Origin: a bacterium
GTDB lineage: Bacteria > Patescibacteriota > Minisyncoccia > Phycocordibacterales > UBA9973
Direction: 5' to 3'
Assembly: GCA_037143195.1 (NCBI GenBank)
Contig: JBAWZD010000001.1
Span: 16,892-80,891 of the forward strand
DNA: 64,000 nt
The notes under the pieces were generated by a model. That model was given only the letters and a program-made list of their open reading frames with translations, made no database searches and had not been told where the DNA came from. Below, in pieces: positions 9,889 through 20,400 of the stretch (the first letter of the stretch is position 1; every line of letters starts with the position of its first letter). A program made the position numbers and the translations under genes.

Positions 9889-11580
9889 ATGCAACAAACG
9901 CGCACGTGTCGTACCTGTTCAAACGACTTCGCAATCAGCGAGGAGGATTTTGGATTTTATGAAAAGATGTCCGTGCCGGCGCCAACACTCTGTCCCGACT
10001 GTCGCCAACAACGTCGCTATGCATGGCGCAATGAACGCACTTTGTATCGCCGAAGTTGTGACCTTTGTGGCAAAAGTACAGTGACGATTTATTCCGCGAC
10101 TAAACCATTCAAAGTCTACTGTGTTCCGTGTTGGTGGGGAGATGGCTGGGATCCGGCGAGCTTTGGACGTGAGTATGATTTCTCGCGACCATTTTTTGAA
10201 CAATTCAGCGAGCTACAGCATGAGGTTCCGCGCATGGCATTACTCACCAAGAATAGTATCAATTCTGAATACACGAACCATTCAGGTGATAACAAAAATG
10301 CATACCTTTCATACTCGTGTTTTGGTGGTGAAAATATTTCGTATTCAAGTTTCATCATGCAATCGCGCGAGTGCATGGATTCACAGTATATTTATGAAGC
10401 AGGCGAGCGTTTGTGGGAAGTGAATGATTCTCGTAAGTCATATCAGTGCGAGTGGAGTGCGCTCTTGAAGGATTGTACGAATATGAAGTATTGCTACGAT
10501 TGCCATGGATCAAGCGATTGTTTTCTTTCGAACAATCTACGCAACAAACGTTTCGTGTTCTTGAACGAGCAACTCTCAAAAGATGAATATATGGCACGCG
10601 TTGCTGAATATAATCTCGCCTCATTCCAAACGCGAGAAATACTTGCAAATGCATTTCTTGAATTGGTTCGAAATCACACGATACACAAATATGCGGTTGC
10701 AGAACGAAATGTGAATTCGACTGGAAGTATGTTGTTCAATTCGAAAGGTTCAACATTTTGTTTTGATGGAGAGAAAGTTGAGGATGTAAAATATTTGTAC
10801 TCGGGTCTCTACATTAAAACGAGTATGGACAATTACCATGTGGGGTACAACTCCGAACTGATTTATGAAAATCAAGGATGTTCTCGTACTTCAAACTGCG
10901 CATTCTGTCACCTATGTTACGACAATACGTTTTTGCAATATTGTGATTCCTGTCAGAATAGTCAGAATTTGTTTGGTTGTGTCTCGATCAAAAAAGGTGA
11001 GTACATGATACTCAACAAAAAATATTCCAAAGAAGAATACACCGATCTTCGCGCGCGAATTATTGAACACATGAAATCGACGGGTGAGTATGGTGAATTT
11101 TTCCCTCCAAGTATCGCACCTGTGTATTACAACGAGACACAGGGCGCACTCTACATGCCACTCTCGAAAGAAGAGACGCTCTCTCGTGGCTGGCAGTGGG
11201 AGGACAATCTTCCGGGCACCTATGGCCGAGAGACTGTCGCTCCAGAAAACGTACCTGATTCAATCCTCGATGTGCCGGATTCTGCAACCAAAGAAATTTA
11301 TCGTTGCATCGTATGTACGAAGAATTTCAACGTCGTACCCGATGAGCTCGCATTCTATCGTCGAGAGATTATTCCACTACCACGTCGTTGCCCTGATTGC
11401 AGATACAAGCGTCGTTTCGCACTTCGCCCGCCACGCAAACTTTGGAAAAGGACATGTATGTGTGATCGTGAGAATCACGAACATGCGGAAACATGCACGA
11501 ATGCATTTGAAACTCCCTTTGCACCTGAACGTCCCGAGCACGTGTATTGTGAGGCGTGTTACCAGCAAGAGGTGATATAA
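9889..11580 (+). CDS. Cys-rich zinc-ribbon / beta-solenoid hypothetical protein
   Basis: CxxC pairs at both ends (CRTC, CPDC, CDLC, CVPC; CIVC, CPDC, CEAC) and central C-x-x-C repeats. Confidence 0.8.
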   Translation: MQQTRTCRTCSNDFAISEEDFGFYEKMSVPAPTLCPDCRQQRRYAWRNERTLYRRSCDLCGKSTVTIYSATKPFKVYCVPCWWGDGWDPASFGREYDFSRPFFEQFSELQHEVPRMALLTKNSINSEYTNHSGDNKNAYLSYSCFGGENISYSSFIMQSRECMDSQYIYEAGERLWEVNDSRKSYQCEWSALLKDCTNMKYCYDCHGSSDCFLSNNLRNKRFVFLNEQLSKDEYMARVAEYNLASFQTREILANAFLELVRNHTIHKYAVAERNVNSTGSMLFNSKGSTFCFDGEKVEDVKYLYSGLYIKTSMDNYHVGYNSELIYENQGCSRTSNCAFCHLCYDNTFLQYCDSCQNSQNLFGCVSIKKGEYMILNKKYSKEEYTDLRARIIEHMKSTGEYGEFFPPSIAPVYYNETQGALYMPLSKEETLSRGWQWEDNLPGTYGRETVAPENVPDSILDVPDSATKEIYRCIVCTKNFNVVPDELAFYRREIIPLPRRCPDCRYKRRFALRPPRKLWKRTCMCDRENHEHAETCTNAFETPFAPERPEHVYCEACYQQEVI

Positions 11581-11619
11581 TAAAAGTCTACTAGCGTGTT
11601 GTAGCAAGATATCTATTTC

Positions 11620-12984
11620 ATGAAATTACTTATTCCAAGTGCGGTCATTGTTTTCTTGGTTGCCACCGGATATTTTTTGTATAGCGGAGCATTCGCTCCA
11701 AAACTTCCAAGTGCACCAGTCGCCGAAAAGACGTCATTTTCTGTTGAGATTGCCGTACCACTCCCCGGATCATTGCTGACTGGCACTGAATCACTTGTTG
11801 CTATTGCAACGACGAATACTAAACTTAAAGATATCGTACTCTCTGTTGATGGTACTACTGTCACAACATGCACGACGTCTCCGTGCTCCTACGATTGGGA
11901 TACGACGCTCGCTACAAATGGCAATCATACGATCGTTGCGACCGCACACGATGAATCTGGAACAAAAGTACAAACTGATCCGCTCAACGTCGCTGTAAGT
12001 AATCAGCCAATGGTGCAGAGTCCGGCTTCAAAAACGCCAACGCAATCTTTGCCTGTGATTACGCATCCCATCATCGTGAAGCCGACACCAACACCGAAGC
12101 CTGCACCAGTCGCACCTACTCCAAAAGTTGTTCCAGTTTCAGCGAATACATTGCCGGTCATTACCCTGAGTCCACTCGTGAATGATTCAGCGAGCACTGA
12201 AATCATTTCATGGAAAACAAATATTCCAACTACTTCTCATATAAAATATGGTTTGGCGAGTTCTCTGAATGGTACATATTCGCTTGCGACAAACGATGAA
12301 GCTTCGGCTTTTGTCGATCACACCGCGACACTCACGCAGTTGGTTGCAGGGAAAACATACTACTATCAAATCGTTGCGACTGACGCAAATCAGCATGTGG
12401 TCACTCTCCCTGAGAAATCATTTACGATTCCAACGATGACGATCAGCTCACCAACGGCGTCCGATTTGTTTGCGACAACAGCATCGATCAAATGGACAAC
12501 GAATTTTAAAACAGAAGGACAAATACTTTGGGGCTCAGTCAGCTCTTCTGTCGGTCAGTATTCGAGTAGTACAGTTCAATCGACTGAGTATTCGACGACG
12601 CACACGGCGACGATTACACAGGGGAGCGCAGGAACGACCTATTTTTACCGAATCGTTGCTATCGACCAAGCGGGCAACAAAGTAACTTCGCCAGAATATA
12701 CGTTTACGACGTCAAAGATTTCAATTAGTTCGACAGTGTATTCTAATCAAGGTGAGATGGTTAGTTGGGTGACGACATCTCCAGTCAAGAGTGAGCTTCG
12801 ATACGGAACGCAAAGTCTCACATCGAATGCATACCCATTTAGTGTGACTGATACGAATCTTGCCACGTCACATAACACATTTCTGCCTGGAATAAGTTCA
12901 AATACAACATATTACTATCGTATTACAACGACTGATTCTTCAGGAGTCAAGGTGACGTCACCGGAGTATAGTTTCAACAGCTAG
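11620..12984 (+). CDS. Membrane-anchored Ig-like plus three FN3-like domain surface protein
   Basis: N-terminal TM; YDWDTT...NGNHTIVATAHD; Pro-rich linker; three repeats of I.W.T...S...YG...H...L....TYYY.I. Confidence 0.82.
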   Translation: MKLLIPSAVIVFLVATGYFLYSGAFAPKLPSAPVAEKTSFSVEIAVPLPGSLLTGTESLVAIATTNTKLKDIVLSVDGTTVTTCTTSPCSYDWDTTLATNGNHTIVATAHDESGTKVQTDPLNVAVSNQPMVQSPASKTPTQSLPVITHPIIVKPTPTPKPAPVAPTPKVVPVSANTLPVITLSPLVNDSASTEIISWKTNIPTTSHIKYGLASSLNGTYSLATNDEASAFVDHTATLTQLVAGKTYYYQIVATDANQHVVTLPEKSFTIPTMTISSPTASDLFATTASIKWTTNFKTEGQILWGSVSSSVGQYSSSTVQSTEYSTTHTATITQGSAGTTYFYRIVAIDQAGNKVTSPEYTFTTSKISISSTVYSNQGEMVSWVTTSPVKSELRYGTQSLTSNAYPFSVTDTNLATSHNTFLPGISSNTTYYYRITTTDSSGVKVTSPEYSFNS

Positions 12985-13067
12985 GGGAGTAGGCTGTTTC
13001 CTCGAGGGAAATATGGTATAATAGCCGGAGAGGTATTTATTATAATCAGTAATTAAGAATCAATATC

Positions 13068-13349
13068 ATGGCTGAGAAAAAAGTAGTAGCAAAGAAAGCA
13101 GCAGGAACATCTGCATTTATGAAACCAATGAAGATCAGTGATGAGCTCGCGCTCGTCGTTGGAAAGGGCCCAATGGCTCGTTCAGAAGTTGTGAAGGCTC
13201 TCTGGGCTTACATCAAGAAGAACAAGCTTCAGGATGAGAAGAACAAGCGCAACATCAACGCTGACGACAAACTCAAGGCAGTCTTCGGAGGAAAGAAAGT
13301 TGTGAACATGTTCGAAATGACAAAGCTCGTTTCAGCACACCTTTCCTAA
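13068..13349 (+). CDS. Stand-alone SWIB/MDM2-domain protein
   Basis: FMKP..ISDELA.VVG..PM.RSEVVK.LW.YIK.N.LQD..NKR.INAD.KL..VF...V.MFEM.K.VS.HL. Confidence 0.93.
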   Translation: MAEKKVVAKKAAGTSAFMKPMKISDELALVVGKGPMARSEVVKALWAYIKKNKLQDEKNKRNINADDKLKAVFGGKKVVNMFEMTKLVSAHLS

Positions 13350-13366
13350 CTCGGAATCGTTTGTAC

Positions 13367-13398
13367 AAAAACCACAAGAGACTTCTCTTGTGGTTTTT
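13367..13398 (+). terminator. Intrinsic terminator
   Basis: AAAAACCACAAGAGA-CT-TCTCTTGTGGTTTTT. Confidence 0.85.
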
Positions 13399-13433
13399 AG
13401 TTTTCGGTTAACTTGCAGTGATAACGTAATTGT

Positions 13434-13742
13434 ATGCATGTCGAAACAATCACGTCACGTATTGACACATTTATAGCTGAATTGAAACCAGAAATACGTG
13501 CACGAGTAATTCATACAATTGAATTATTGCAGAAATATGAAAATAATCTCGGTATGCCGTATAGCAAAAGTCTTGGCAAAGGATTATTTGAACTTCGTGT
13601 GACCGGGAGGAAACATGTTCGTTTATTGTATTGTTTTCATAATAATACGGTTTATTTGCTCGCGATTTTTCAAAAGAAGACAAATAAAATAACACAAAAT
13701 GACATAGTACTTGCACGGAGGAGAATGAAAATGCTTGTATAA
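13434..13742 (+). CDS. RelE/HigB-family (Gp49-like) toxin
   Basis: LGMPYSKSLGKGLFELRV...RLLY...FQKKTNK; toxin-first gene order. Confidence 0.88.
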   Translation: MHVETITSRIDTFIAELKPEIRARVIHTIELLQKYENNLGMPYSKSLGKGLFELRVTGRKHVRLLYCFHNNTVYLLAIFQKKTNKITQNDIVLARRRMKMLV

Positions 13743-13770
13743 CGTATATGGTATATGGTACCTTGTATAT

Positions 13771-14040
13771 ATGACTCGTTTCGAAAAAATTAAAAATAGT
13801 GCGTTGAAGGATTCCAAAACGCGGAAAGCTTACCATGCTATGGAAGTAGAGTTTTCGATTATAAGCCAAATCATCGAAAAACGAATTAAACTTGGTATGT
13901 CTCAGAAGGACCTCGCGTCAAAAATCGGAACAAAACAACCCTCAATCGCTCGTTTCGAATCAGGTACTTATAACCCAACAGTTTCATTTTTACAGAAGGT
14001 TTCAAAAGCTCTTGGGGGAGAACTTAAAATAACGATATAA
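13771..14040 (+). CDS. XRE-family HTH antitoxin (HigA-like)
   Basis: GMSQKDLASKIGTKQPSIARFESGTYNPT. Confidence 0.88.
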   Translation: MTRFEKIKNSALKDSKTRKAYHAMEVEFSIISQIIEKRIKLGMSQKDLASKIGTKQPSIARFESGTYNPTVSFLQKVSKALGGELKITI

Positions 14041-14045
14041 ACCTC

Positions 14046-14073
14046 TTGACTCTGGCGCAAAAATAAGTAGTAT
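14046..14073 (+). promoter_or_regulatory. Putative sigma70 promoter of rpoB
   Basis: TTGACT-16 nt-TAGTAT. Confidence 0.55.
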
Positions 14074-14243
14074 ACAGATCACTACGGACAGATTGAGTTT
14101 TAGCTGCGATCCGGAGCTTTAGTAGCTAAATTGGCGCTCCACGCCAAGGTGAACACAAACGAATAAACTGGATGATAGAAGCCCCGACGAAGGGGGAGGT
14201 TTCTCTCGTCCCATTTTCGTTTGTGTTCGCGAAAAAATAATCT

Positions 14244-17200
14244 ATGTCGATTCACACGACTGCGCGGCCAAAAAAGTACTTCCAAAAGTACAAGGCCCCG
14301 CTCACGGAGTTTCCGAATTTGCTTGAAATGCAAATTCATTCGTTCAAAGAATTGGTCGAGAAGGGTCTCGGAGAAGTGTTCAAGGAATTTTCTCCAATTC
14401 CAGATTACTCGGGTAAGAAATTCCAACTTGAGTTCACCTCGTTTAGCCTTGGTGAACCAAAGTGTGATGAGTTCTATGCAAAAGAGAACAAGCTCTCATA
14501 CGAAGCTCCACTCAAAGTTCAGGTTCGTTTGACGAACAAACTCTCTGGCGGACAAGCAAAGGAACAAGAAATTTTCCTTTCTGATCTTCCAATGATGACA
14601 GCACACGGTACGTTCATCATCAACGGTGTTGAACGTGTCATTGTCCCACAGCTTGCACGAAGTTTCGGTATTTTCTTCACAGAAAATGAATTGAAAGGCA
14701 AGCGATTTTTCGGTGCCAAAATCATTCCTGCACGTGGTGTATGGATTGAAATTGACGCTGAAACTGACGGCGTCATCTATGTTCGTATCGACAAGAAGCG
14801 CAAATTCCCAGTCACGTCACTCTTGCGCAGTTTTGGCATGGTTTCAGATGATGAAATCAAGGCCGCTTTCGCAGATCACGAAACAGCAGCCGCTGTTGTC
14901 GCAACCTGTCTCGCAAAGGACACGGCAAAGACTCCTTCAGAAGCAAACATCGAAATGTACAAGCGTCTCCGCGATGGTGATCTTGCAACAGCAGACAACG
15001 CACGTGAATTCATCACAGCGCTCTTTTCGAAAGATCGCTACGACCTTTCACCAGTTGGACGTTTCCGTTTCAACAAGCGTTTCAACCTCTCAATGGATGA
15101 GAAGGAACTTGAGCGCCGCACAATCTCGCGTGAAGACCTCATTCAGGTCATCAAGCACATCGTGGATCTTGGAAATACACCAAATGCAAAGGCTGACGAC
15201 ATCGACCACCTTGCGCAGCGTCGCGTTCGTTACGTTGGGGAGCTCCTCGCCCAGAAAATCCGCGTTGGTATGACGCAGATCAAGCGTAATGTTCAGGACC
15301 GCATGTCGACAATCGACACTGCAGCTGCACTTCCAATTCAAATCATCAACCAGCGTCCGCTTCAGGCTCGTATCAAGGAATTCTTTACGACCAACCAGCT
15401 CTCGCAGTTCATGAACCAAGAAAACCTCCTCGCCGAGGTAGAACATCTCCGTACATTGTCTGCTCTTGGACCCGGCGGTCTCACTCGTGAGCGCGCAGGA
15501 CTCGAAGTGCGTGACGTGCACACATCGCACTATGGTCGCGTGTGTCCAATCCATACTCCAGAAGGTCCGAACATCGGTCTCATTCTTCACCTTTCGATTT
15601 ACGCACGTATCAATGATTTTGGAATCATCGAAACTCCATACGTCAAAGTGAAGGACGGAAAAGTCACGAATGAAATCGTGTACTTGAACGCACTTGAAGA
15701 AGAAAAGTACAACATTGCGCACGCCGCAGTTGCTACGAACGAACAGGGTCTCATCATGGAAGAGTTTGTAGAAGCTCGTCTTAAGACTGAGCCAGGTCTC
15801 ATCAAGCGTGATGAAATTCATTTCATCGACGTTGCTCCATATCAGGCATTCTCAATCGCAACAGCGATGGTGCCATTCCTCGAACACAACGACGCAAACC
15901 GTGCACTCATGGGAAGTAACATGCAAAAGCAGGCTACTCCATGTCTCATTCCGAACGCTCCACTCGTTGCTACTGGTATCGAAGAATTTGCAGCGCCATA
16001 CTCAGGTCGTCTCGTTCTTGCTTCTGAAGCAGGTGAGGTCACCAAAGTGGATGCTCGTCATATCGTCATCAAGGGTAAGTCTGGCGTGAAGGAATATCCT
16101 CTCGTCAACTTCTCACGTACCAACAACTTCACCGCCTTTCATCAGCGCCCAGTCGTCTCAGTTGGTCAGGAGGTCAAGAAGGGTGCATTGCTCGCCGACA
16201 TGTCGAGTTCAGATCATGGACAAATCGCACTTGGACAAAACGTTCTCGTTGCCTTCATGTCATGGGCTGGAAACAACTACGAAGACGCGATTATTCTTTC
16301 TGATCGTCTCGTAAAGGACTCAGTCTTCACTTCGATTCACGTTGAAGAATTCGTCTGTATCGTTCGCGATACAAAACTTGGACCTGAAGTTACGACACGC
16401 GACATTCCAAACGTCGGTGAAGGAAAACTCAAGGACCTCGACGAAGAAGGTATCATTCGTATTGGTGCAGAAATTCGTGAGAACGATATTCTCGTCGGTA
16501 AGATCACACCAAAGGGCGAAACAGAACTCACTCCAGAAGAGCGATTGCTCCGCAGTATCTTCGCTGAAAAGGCACGTGATGTGAAAGATACATCACTCCG
16601 TCTTGAACACGGAAAGCGCGGACGCATCATCGGCGTAAAAGTATTCTCTCGCGCAGAAGGTCATCAGCTCGAAAGTGGCATCATCAAGAAAGTTGTCATC
16701 GAAGTTGCTCAGCTTCGTAACGTGTCTGTGGGTGACAAGCTCGCAGGTCGTCACGGAAACAAGGGAGTCATCTCAACAATCCTTCCACAAGAAGAAATGC
16801 CATTCATGGCAGACGGTACACCAGTCGATGTGATCCTCACACCACTCGGAGTTCCATCACGTATGAACCTCGGACAGATTCTTGAAATGCACCTTGGTCT
16901 CGCTGCAAACTCACTCGGCTACCAAGCAATCGTGCCACCATTCTCAGGAGCACGTGATACAGAAATCAAAGCAGAACTCGTCAAAGCTGGATACCCAGAA
17001 ACAGGAACTCTTCCGCTCTACGACGGACGCACTGGCGACAAATTCGAACAGGATGTTGCTGTCGGTATTATGTACATGCTCAAGCTGCACCACATGGTGG
17101 AAGACAAGATTCACATGCGCAGTATTGGTCCGTACAGTCTCATCACGCAACAGCCGCTCGGAGGAAAAGCTCAAGGTGGAGGTCAGCGCTTTGGAGAAAT

Positions 17201-17459
17201 GGAAGTGTGGGCTCTCGAAGGTTACGGTGCAGCGCACACTCTTCGCGAAATGCTCACGGTTAAGTCAGACGATATCATGGGACGTTCACAGGCCTTCGAT
17301 GCCATCATCAAGGGTGAAGAAATTCCAATTCCGAACACACCAGCATCATTCAGTGTCATGTTGAACTACCTCCGTGGTCTTGCGCTTGATGTTGATTTGC
17401 AGAAACGCGGTACCGCTGGTCGAATCATAGAAGCAGCTTCGAAAGAGGTCGCTGAGTAA
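14244..17459 (+). CDS. rpoB: RNA polymerase beta subunit
   Basis: GTFIINGVERV, HYGRVCPIHTPEGPNIGL, GDKLAGRHGNKG, GQRFGEMEVWALE. Confidence 0.99.
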   Translation: MSIHTTARPKKYFQKYKAPLTEFPNLLEMQIHSFKELVEKGLGEVFKEFSPIPDYSGKKFQLEFTSFSLGEPKCDEFYAKENKLSYEAPLKVQVRLTNKLSGGQAKEQEIFLSDLPMMTAHGTFIINGVERVIVPQLARSFGIFFTENELKGKRFFGAKIIPARGVWIEIDAETDGVIYVRIDKKRKFPVTSLLRSFGMVSDDEIKAAFADHETAAAVVATCLAKDTAKTPSEANIEMYKRLRDGDLATADNAREFITALFSKDRYDLSPVGRFRFNKRFNLSMDEKELERRTISREDLIQVIKHIVDLGNTPNAKADDIDHLAQRRVRYVGELLAQKIRVGMTQIKRNVQDRMSTIDTAAALPIQIINQRPLQARIKEFFTTNQLSQFMNQENLLAEVEHLRTLSALGPGGLTRERAGLEVRDVHTSHYGRVCPIHTPEGPNIGLILHLSIYARINDFGIIETPYVKVKDGKVTNEIVYLNALEEEKYNIAHAAVATNEQGLIMEEFVEARLKTEPGLIKRDEIHFIDVAPYQAFSIATAMVPFLEHNDANRALMGSNMQKQATPCLIPNAPLVATGIEEFAAPYSGRLVLASEAGEVTKVDARHIVIKGKSGVKEYPLVNFSRTNNFTAFHQRPVVSVGQEVKKGALLADMSSSDHGQIALGQNVLVAFMSWAGNNYEDAIILSDRLVKDSVFTSIHVEEFVCIVRDTKLGPEVTTRDIPNVGEGKLKDLDEEGIIRIGAEIRENDILVGKITPKGETELTPEERLLRSIFAEKARDVKDTSLRLEHGKRGRIIGVKVFSRAEGHQLESGIIKKVVIEVAQLRNVSVGDKLAGRHGNKGVISTILPQEEMPFMADGTPVDVILTPLGVPSRMNLGQILEMHLGLAANSLGYQAIVPPFSGARDTEIKAELVKAGYPETGTLPLYDGRTGDKFEQDVAVGIMYMLKLHHMVEDKIHMRSIGPYSLITQQPLGGKAQGGGQRFGEMEVWALEGYGAAHTLREMLTVKSDDIMGRSQAFDAIIKGEEIPIPNTPASFSVMLNYLRGLALDVDLQKRGTAGRIIEAASKEVAE

Positions 17460-17480
17460 TCTAACGAAGGAAACATATAT

Positions 17481-20400
17481 ATGAAAACTATTGATACAAA
17501 TTCGGATTTCGAATCGATCTCGCTCAAGCTTGCAAGTCCAGACCGCATCCGCGACTGGTCATACGGTGAAGTCACCAAGCCGGAAACAATCAACTACCGC
17601 ACGGGCCGTTCAGAACGTGGAGGTCTCTTTGATGAACGCATCTTCGGACCAGAAAAAGACTACGAATGTTACTGTGGAAAATACCGCCGTATCCGTTATA
17701 AGGATATTGTGTGTGAGAAGTGTGGCGTTGAAGTCACACGCAGTATTGTTCGTCGCGAACGCATGGGTCACATCGAACTCGCAACACCAGTTGCGCACAT
17801 TTGGTTCCTCCGTGGCGTGCCATCTCGCATGTCGACACTCCTCAACATCACCGCAACTGATCTTGAAAAGGTGATCTATTTCGCGGGTTACATCATCATG
17901 AAGGTGTACCAAGAAGAAAAAGACAAACTCCTCAAGAATCTTGAAAACGAATACAAGACAAAGGTAAAGAGTTCAGCAGATGAAGAGACCAAGACAAAGC
18001 TCAAGGAACTCCTCATGACTGCGAAGAAAGAAATCGGTGAAATTTACGAAGGTAAAGTGCTCACTGAAATCGCATACCATCGCTACAGTCTCAAGTATGG
18101 TACATGTTTCGAAGCATCGATCGGTGCTGAAGCTATTTACGCTGTGCTCAAGAATCTTGATCTCAAGAAACTTCAGGAAATCAGTGAAGCTGCACACGAA
18201 AAAGCATCAGCAGTTGAGCGCGAGAAGCTTGAAAAGCGTCTCTCACTCATTCGCTCAATGATCACGAGTGGTATTCGTCCAGAATGGATGTTCCTCACAG
18301 TCATCCCAGTTATTCCACCAGCACTTCGCCCAATGGTTGCGCTCGATGGAGGACGTCATGCAACAAGTGATATCAACGACCTCTACCGTCGTGTGATTAA
18401 CCGTAACAACCGTCTCGCAAAATTGAAGGGCATCGGTGCGCCGGATGTTATTCTCCGTAACGAAAAGCGTATTCTTCAGGAAGCAGTTGATGCACTCATC
18501 GACAACTCAATCGCTCGTCAGAACGATTCAGTCGCGATGAACCAAGCACAGCGCCGTGCATTGAAGTCTCTCTCAGACAACCTTAAATCAAAGCAGGGTC
18601 TCTTCCGTCAGAACCTCCTTGGAAAGCGCGTGGACTACTCTGGACGTTCGGTGATCGTCGTTGGACCATCACTCAAGCTTTCACAGTGTGGACTTCCAAA
18701 GCACATGGCACTTGAGCTCTTCCGCCCATTCGTCATCAGTAAGCTCATCGCTCAAGAACTCGCATACAACATTCGTGGCGCAAACCGTCTCATTGAAGAT
18801 GGTATTCCAGAAGTCTGGGCAATCCTTGAAGAAGTCATCAAAGGCAAGCGCGTGCTCCTCAACCGTGCACCAACACTTCACCGTCTTGGTATTCAGGCCT
18901 TCCAGCCTGTGCTCATTGAAGGTAACGCTATTCAGGTTCACCCGCTCGTGTGTCCAGCCTTCAACGCTGACTTCGACGGAGACCAAATGGCCGTATACGT
19001 TCCACTTTCAAAGGCTGCACAAAACGAAGCAGAGGATCGCATGGCTTCAAACAAGAACCTCCTCAAGCCACAAAACGGAGACCCAATCACAAGTCCTCGT
19101 ATGGATATGGCACTCGGTTGTTTCTGGATGACCAAAGTTGGCATCAATGAAACAGGTGAGGGAATGATGTTCAGTAGTCCAAACCAAGCAATCACCGCGT
19201 ACGATTTCAAAGCAGTTTCACTTCGTGCAAAAATCAAAGTGCTTGGAACAGACAGTCAGAAATATCAGCCATTCAACAAACAGCCATTTGAGACGACTGT
19301 TGGACGATTGCTCTTTAACTCAATTCTTCCTGAAGATTTCCCATTCTTGAACGAAACAATCAACCAAAAGCGTTTGAACGGACTCGTGGATGAATTCATC
19401 ATGCATTACGGTATTGATGAGACTCCAAAAGTGCTCGACAAGATTAAGACATTCGGATTCACGTACTCAACCAAGTCTGGTATCAGTTGGGGTATCGACA
19501 ACATTCATGTTCCTGCAGGCAAGCCTGAGGCAGTAAAGCGCGGACGTGCAAAGGAATTTGAAGTCATCAACCAATACAACGAAGGTCTTCTCTCTGAAGA
19601 AGAAAAGTACAGGAAGACAATCGAAATCTGGGAAGGTGTGAAGAAAGAAATCGAAGGTATGCTCCCTGCAACACTCGTTGAAGGAAGTTCTGCAAGTGAT
19701 ATGATCACTTCAGGAGCCCGTGGAAGTATGAGTAACCTCTCGCAGATGGCGGGAATGAAGGGTCTCATTATTTCTCCAAGTGGACGTACCATTGATTTCC
19801 CAATCGTCCCATCGTTCAAAGAAGGATTTTCTCCGATTGAATACTTCATTACGACTCACGGATCACGTAAAGGTCTCGCCGACACAGCGCTCAATACTGC
19901 GAAGGCCGGATACCTCACACGTCGTCTCGTTGACGTTGCACAAGATGTGGTCATCACCGAAGAAGATTGTGGAACAAAGGATGGAAAGATGATGATCAAG
20001 GACAATGTGCTTGGTATCGAAATTCCAATCTCCAAAACACTTCGTGGCCGTGTACTCGCCGCTGATCTCAAAGACAAAGAAGGCAACATCATCCACAAGC
20101 GCGGATTCCTCGTCAACAAAGAAGAGGCAATGCGTCTTGAAAAGATCGGTGTTACAGAAGCGTTCGTTCGTTCACCACTTACGTGTAAAACAACCTACGG
20201 AATTTGTCAGGCATGTTACGGTCTCGACCTCGGACGCAACACGCTCGTCAAAGTCGGTGAAGCAGTCGGTATCGTCGCAGCGCAAGCTATCGGTGAACCA
20301 GGAACTCAGCTCACGCTTCGTACCTTCCACGCCGGAGGAGTCGCAGGAGTGGACATCACCGCCGGTCTTCCACGTGTCGAAGAAATCTTCGAACGTCGCT

